Shown here: piece by piece, positions 59,529 to 64,000 of the stretch
How the letters are laid out: each line of letters begins with the position of its first letter
Position numbering within the stretch: position 1 is the stretch's first letter
Assembly: GCA_965204375.1 (NCBI GenBank)
Contig: OZ241986.1
Location: forward strand, 4,544,001 to 4,608,000
Direction: 5' to 3'
Origin: Candidatus Latescibacterota bacterium
GTDB taxonomy: Bacteria > Latescibacterota > UBA2968
DNA length: 64,000 bases
Notes under the pieces: generated by a model
Database searches by the model: none
Told to the model about the DNA's origin: nothing
Seen by the model: only the letters and a program-made list of their open reading frames with translations
Position numbers and translations under genes: made by a program

Positions 59529-60527
59529 TCACTCTTCACCCTTCAAAAACCCCTGAACCCGCGGGTGATCGAGCACATCGGTATTGAGCACATCCCTGGG
59601 CGTGCGACCTTCAAGCGCGTCAATAATTTGCTCCACGCAACACTCGTCAAGCCGAATAGCGGATTCCACAGTAATACCCGCGTTGTGGTTGGTACAGATA
59701 ATGCGGGGATGGTCCTTGTGAATCGCGCGGGTCTGATTAACCGGATCATCGACGAGATAATAATAGAGCCGATCTTCTTTAATCGCCCGATTCACCGCCT
59801 CGTCGTCCACCAGATTGCCGCGCGAGGGATTGATCACTGAGGCGTGGGGTTTCATCGCGCAGAGCAAATCGTAGGTCACAACCGTATCATCGCCCGAAAG
59901 ATGCAGAGAAATCGCATCGCATTCCTCAAAAAGGACGCGGGGATCATCCACCACCTCGGCATCGTATTGCGCGGCGACCTCGTCAATATCCGGACGGATA
60001 TCATAGACCAGCAAACGCCCAGAATCGCCCAGAATTGGACGCGCGAGTTCGGCCATCGCCTGACCGATGCGTCCCAGACCCCAGATCCCCAGCGTAGAGC
60101 CTTCCGCGTCATAAGTCCTGATAATCTCAAAATTCCCCGCATGGCTATTTCGGTTCAAAGTATAAACGCGCTTCAGCGCGGCCATCCACTGCGCGATCGC
60201 AAACTCGGCAACCGTAACCATATGCACGGGAGCAACCGTGACGATAACACCGCAATCGGTCGCGCGCGGCACATCGACCTTTTCAAAACCTACACCCCAG
60301 CGCGCAACAATGCGCAAATCGCGCGCCGTGGCGTAAAACTCGGGCGAGAACACAACCGAATCCGCCAGAACACCCACCACACCCTCGGCGTGTTCGGCAC
60401 CAAATTCGGTCTCAGAGTAAAATTCCACCTCCGCGTAATCGCGCAACCTGTCAATCGCCTTTGTCCGCTCCTCAGATGCAAACTCGGGACCCTGCAATTT
60501 ATCTGTAATAAGAATCTTTTGAGCCAT
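59529..60527 (-). CDS. D-isomer-specific 2-hydroxyacid dehydrogenase (SerA-like)
   Basis: RWGVGFEKVD, GIWGLGRIG, NPSRG, HNAG. Confidence 0.88.
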   Translation of the reverse strand: MAQKILITDKLQGPEFASEERTKAIDRLRDYAEVEFYSETEFGAEHAEGVVGVLADSVVFSPEFYATARDLRIVARWGVGFEKVDVPRATDCGVIVTVAPVHMVTVAEFAIAQWMAALKRVYTLNRNSHAGNFEIIRTYDAEGSTLGIWGLGRIGQAMAELARPILGDSGRLLVYDIRPDIDEVAAQYDAEVVDDPRVLFEECDAISLHLSGDDTVVTYDLLCAMKPHASVINPSRGNLVDDEAVNRAIKEDRLYYYLVDDPVNQTRAIHKDHPRIICTNHNAGITVESAIRLDECCVEQIIDALEGRTPRDVLNTDVLDHPRVQGFLKGEE

Positions 60528-60582
60528 CGTTCCCCCTGAGATTCGTTAATAAAATACGGCCTTCTCCTTGCCTTTCATCTGC

Positions 60583-60728
60583 GGGCGAAAAATTTTTCGC
60601 CCCTACGTTTTCACACGTCACAGATGGCGCATGCCTCGCCCCTACATATCTCCGCTGGCTATCTTCATCTGCGAAAAACGCTCAAATTATTCGCGTTTTT
60701 TTCTGCGCTATCTGCGCCATCTGCGGAT
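60583..60728. repeat. Cluster of REP-like hairpins and ATCTGCG repeats
   Basis: GGGCGAAAAATTTTTCGCCCCTAC; GGCGCATGCCTCGCCCCTAC; ATCTGCGAAAAACGCTCAAATTATTCGCGTTTTTTTCTGCG. Confidence 0.7.
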
Positions 60729-60729
60729 A

Positions 60730-61617
60730 CTATCCAATCAGCGGCAACAAAGTATCGGCGGTCTTCTTCACCAGAAAAGTGTAAAACGCCTCACTCAACA
60801 GACTACTCCCGTGATCCTGAATAAATTTGAGTTCCTCGGGTGTAATATCAACGGGATTGGTCTCAACCGCATTGGGGTATTCATTCGCAGGCGTCCGATC
60901 AATCGGCGCGACAAACTCCACCGTCAGCGCGTCATCATAACCCACCTCTTTGAGCGTCGCCACCAACTTTGCCCAATCCCAGTTCCCCAGCCCACACGCC
61001 ATGCGATTGTTATCCGCCACGTGAAAATCCACCAGCCGATCCCCGGCATCTCGGATAGCTTGATACGGATCCGCCTCTTCAATATTGATATGAAAAGCAT
61101 CTAAACACACCCCGCAATTCGCACCCGTCGTCTCTGCCAGAGCAAGAGCCTGAGCACCCCGGGTAATAAAATACGTCTCAAACCGATTGATGGGTTCAAT
61201 AGCGAGGCGAATTCCCTCACTTTCGGAATGATCGTAAACCTCCTGCATGCCCGCCACAGCCCATTGCCACTCCTCATCGGGCGTGGCATCCGGTTCGATT
61301 TTTCCCACAGTAGCCGGCACCACAGTCAACTCGTACCCATCGAGTTCTTTAACCATCGTAACACAGTCCTTGACGTACTGCACGGACTGTGCCCGAATCC
61401 CCGCATCTTTGGCCAGCATATTGCGGTCGCCCATCATCAACGTCACCGCCCCCCAGCAACGGATAGTGTACGCATTGAGCAAAGCACGCACCTCTGACGT
61501 ATCGTACCGCTCGGGTTCACCACTCAGTTCAATACTCTCGTACCCAAATTTCGCCAACCTCTCAAGCGTGACTTCGAGAGACTCCGACCGCATCCAATTG
61601 TGCATAGATAAATGCAT
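60730..61617 (-). CDS. Sugar phosphate isomerase/epimerase (D-psicose/tagatose 3-epimerase-like)
   Basis: LAIEPINRFE, CLDAFHINIEE, FHVADNNR, TVEF. Confidence 0.9.
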   Translation of the reverse strand: MHLSMHNWMRSESLEVTLERLAKFGYESIELSGEPERYDTSEVRALLNAYTIRCWGAVTLMMGDRNMLAKDAGIRAQSVQYVKDCVTMVKELDGYELTVVPATVGKIEPDATPDEEWQWAVAGMQEVYDHSESEGIRLAIEPINRFETYFITRGAQALALAETTGANCGVCLDAFHINIEEADPYQAIRDAGDRLVDFHVADNNRMACGLGNWDWAKLVATLKEVGYDDALTVEFVAPIDRTPANEYPNAVETNPVDITPEELKFIQDHGSSLLSEAFYTFLVKKTADTLLPLIG

Positions 61618-62438
61618 CAATAACCCCCCTGAACAATAATATCCGGCGTATTTTCAACGCGCCCCCACCAGAGCGCCATATCAAAAGTGGGATCTCCAGT
61701 GAGAAAACGCCAGAACTTGATGCGATTCATAAGCTCAATGCGATGGCGTTGCCCGTGCCAGGGAATCTTCTGATTGAGCTTCTGCATAACCTCGGGACTA
61801 TCCAGATCATCCGTATTCCACAAACGCTGCTGCCGAACCGTGGGATTGAGGCGGAGCTTAAACATATACCGATCCCTATCCGTAAAATTGCTCCGCGCCG
61901 AATGCCATATATTGGTATGCCAGAAAAACATCGTCCCCGCTTCGCAAACCGCCTGCACCTGTCCTATGATATTTTGATAGCGTTTGATCTCGGCTTCGTG
62001 AACCCGGCGAAATTGCGTACCCGGCACAAAAAGCGTACCCCCACTTTCCAGCGGCGTATCCTCTGGAAAAAAGGAAATTTGAATATCGAAATGCAAATCG
62101 CGAACATCGTATTCGGCATCCTGATGCAAATTGGCACCCTTGCGCGTATTTGCCGGCGTAAGATGCGCCGCGTGATGATCGTATCGCGGATTGGGACCCA
62201 CCAGACTGTGAATAATCGCTGCCACTTTGGGCAGGCGAAAAACCTTGCCAATAGCTTCATCGGGCCAGGCCTCGCTAAAAGGCGAGCCCATCGGCGCGCG
62301 GCGTCTGAGCTTGCCCGTACTCATCTCTTCATGTGCGGCTTCGCAGAGTTCGCGCGGCACCAGATTGTCAAACCGCAGAAAACCCGTGCTTGCAAACTGC
62401 GCCATTTCCACGGACGTAAGCAAAAGATTCTTATCCAT
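61617..62438 (-). CDS. Phytanoyl-CoA dioxygenase (PhyH) family 2OG-Fe(II) oxygenase
   Basis: F...GFL, LHQD, GGTLFVPGT, AGTMFF...IWH. Confidence 0.85.
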   Translation of the reverse strand: MDKNLLLTSVEMAQFASTGFLRFDNLVPRELCEAAHEEMSTGKLRRRAPMGSPFSEAWPDEAIGKVFRLPKVAAIIHSLVGPNPRYDHHAAHLTPANTRKGANLHQDAEYDVRDLHFDIQISFFPEDTPLESGGTLFVPGTQFRRVHEAEIKRYQNIIGQVQAVCEAGTMFFWHTNIWHSARSNFTDRDRYMFKLRLNPTVRQQRLWNTDDLDSPEVMQKLNQKIPWHGQRHRIELMNRIKFWRFLTGDPTFDMALWWGRVENTPDIIVQGGY

Positions 62439-62721
62439 TGATAGCCTCCATTTTTTCCAGGACAAATTCAAAATCGAGATAGTCGTTTTCGTATTCGCGT
62501 CCAACTTGCGGCGTTTTCAGAAAAGGCACCTGAATAACGCGCCAGCCATCGCGCATGGCATCCAGCACAGAGTTGTAAGGCGGCTCGGCATCCTCACCTG
62601 CAGCTTCAAACATCTCATCAGTCGTGCCATCGTAAAGTGACCAGCCAACAACTTCACTCTCCAAACTGGAATTGCCCAGATAGAGAAAGAGAAGTTTTTG
62701 TCTCAGTTGTGTTTCAGGCAT
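62431..62721 (-). CDS. Hypothetical protein
   Basis: Overlaps PhyH start; AAGGA RBS; PYNSVLDAMRDGWRVIQ. Confidence 0.7.
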   Translation of the reverse strand: MPETQLRQKLLFLYLGNSSLESEVVGWSLYDGTTDEMFEAAGEDAEPPYNSVLDAMRDGWRVIQVPFLKTPQVGREYENDYLDFEFVLEKMEAING

Positions 62722-62752
62722 TCGCGGATTCCTTTTAATAAATAGGGAGTTA

Positions 62753-63004
62753 TCAAACGAGGTTTTTTGTTGGGATCGTTCTTAAAAGATTCCCCATCAC
62801 TTTTTTTGCGTTAAAGATATCAATCAGATAAACCTGATTATCTTTAAATTCAACTGTAAAACCATCACCTTCAATCACCTGGTCAGGTATGCCTCGCATA
62901 TCCCGCCGAAAAAAGAGAATATTTCCGGTTTGAGGATCGATCTTCTTGTCAAAAAGTTCGGGCTTATTGAAAATATAGGAAATCCAATCCACCTTATCGA
63001 GCAT
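62753..63004 (-). CDS. Small hypothetical protein (DUF2283-like)
   Basis: D..GNILFF...GDGFTVEF...IDIFNA pattern; AT-rich. Confidence 0.5.
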   Translation of the reverse strand: MLDKVDWISYIFNKPELFDKKIDPQTGNILFFRRDMRGIPDQVIEGDGFTVEFKDNQVYLIDIFNAKKVMGNLLRTIPTKNLV

Positions 63005-63124
63005 TTTTTATGGGTAGTATTGTTGTGCCAGATGCGGCTAGAGGGCCTTTGCTTTCAGGGGTGATGCAGAGGCATTTTTTGCACATTGGAATATTCTATC
63101 TAGCCCTTCTCCAAAAAAATAATG

Positions 63125-63163
63125 AAAATGGGGGTAACCGATAATGGCTACCCCCATTTTTTT
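63125..63163. terminator. Intrinsic terminator
   Basis: AAAATGGGGGTA...TACCCCCATTTT. Confidence 0.75.
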
Positions 63164-63178
63164 ACGCATTGCTCTTTT

Positions 63179-63706
63179 TCAATCGCCTCCACTTCCTGGG
63201 GATGTTGCGCTTGGAGCATCCCAATCTATGGGCTTTCGGTATATCGGCGTTAATGGCGATTTACCTGTGACTGTGGGATTCTTCCCTGTGGATAAATCAA
63301 CCATCACCTTATATCCCCGGTTAATCGGGATATTCTCCCAAGAGCCTATGCTATCCTCACCTTCCCACGCTCTGGCCTGATACTGCCCCATATCCTCTTT
63401 AGGCCAGAACATAAAAGAGACCTGTCCCTGGGCGTCTGTGCGAGCTATTGTGAGAATGTAAAGGTCAGGGTCGTTCCCCTCCGCAGGATATTTGAACTCA
63501 ACAATCGCGTCATTTACCGGGCGACCGTTCCGAGTCAAGGTGAATAATACCTCGGAATGTGTGGCCTGCTCTCCAGCCAGTTTTGCCAACCTCGATTCCT
63601 GCCCCTGACCACCTGCAATCGGGTTTGCCACGTTCCCCTTGCCACATCCCCATATAATACCCACCGCGAGCATTCCCGCGACAATACCACTAATGCGTGC
63701 CAACAT
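63179..63706 (-). CDS. Putative lipoprotein with Ig-like (carboxypeptidase-regulatory-like) domain
   Basis: AAGGAGG RBS, ATG 63706, lipobox-like IIWGC, G.PV..A.V...RTDAQG...GQY.ARA. Confidence 0.65.
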   Translation of the reverse strand: MLARISGIVAGMLAVGIIWGCGKGNVANPIAGGQGQESRLAKLAGEQATHSEVLFTLTRNGRPVNDAIVEFKYPAEGNDPDLYILTIARTDAQGQVSFMFWPKEDMGQYQARAWEGEDSIGSWENIPINRGYKVMVDLSTGKNPTVTGKSPLTPIYRKPIDWDAPSATSPGSGGD

Positions 63707-63807
63707 GACAGCCTCCTTTGTGTTGGGGTTCCCCGACTTGTTAAAAATTAAACGCCTGCCATCCCGCAAGGTTTCAATCAACTATTTCTCCCGCGTGATA
63801 ACAGCTT

Positions 63808-63999
63808 TCATACATCAAACACGAGCACATCATCGACAATTGGACGTATAAAAGTCTGGCTGAGTGCTCTGTGATCCGGATGCGGCAAATAAAAGTCTCG
63901 CGCGGTCTCATCCGCAAACCGAATAATAAACCCCCAGTCATAGCCGTAATTCTTCCCCTCGGGACTATTGTTATACCCCGCAGTAATCTCCTCTATACC
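63808..63999 (-). CDS. Dabb (stress-responsive A/B barrel) protein, C-terminal part, truncated by window edge
   Basis: Not in ORF track; manual translation GIEEITAGYNNSPEGKNYGYDWGFIIRFADETARDFYLPHPDH...VLVFDV*. Confidence 0.82.
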   Translation of the reverse strand, partial: GIEEITAGYNNSPEGKNYGYDWGFIIRFADETARDFYLPHPDHRALSQTFIRPIVDDVLVFDV

Positions 64000-64000
64000 C

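Overview
Bacterial chromosomal window of moderate GC. The gene content (TonB receptor with DUF4249 lipoprotein, GWxTD/TPR protein, sulfatases, PhyH dioxygenase, DUF1080, Uma2 paralogs, LRR/PD40 secreted protein) resembles FCB-group organisms such as Latescibacterota-like marine or sponge symbionts; this taxonomy is inference only. Housekeeping and metabolic genes (glgC, nrdA/nrdB, epmA, sugar isomerases, oxidoreductases) are interleaved with many accessory cassettes. No rRNA, tRNA, CRISPR array or integrase was seen. Main observations: (1) a four-gene candidate defence operon at 8673-13471 (PAPS-reductase/PP-loop Fe-S-like protein, SF2 helicase, MORC/GHKL ATPase with one internal stop, PLD nuclease) with no methyltransferase or dnd genes; (2) an integrase-free accordion region (about 1.8-17 kb, and again at 25.5-26.9 kb) where inserted cassettes are bordered by diverged duplicates of neighbouring gene 3' ends, terminators, promoters or RBSs; (3) two promoter-short RNA-terminator leaders, one before a NYN ribonuclease and one before a proteasome-beta-like Ntn protein; (4) a class Ic-type NrdB, with an AAA_21/DUF4276 cassette-turnover hotspot between nrdA and nrdB. 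All family calls come from motif recognition by eye, not database searches.
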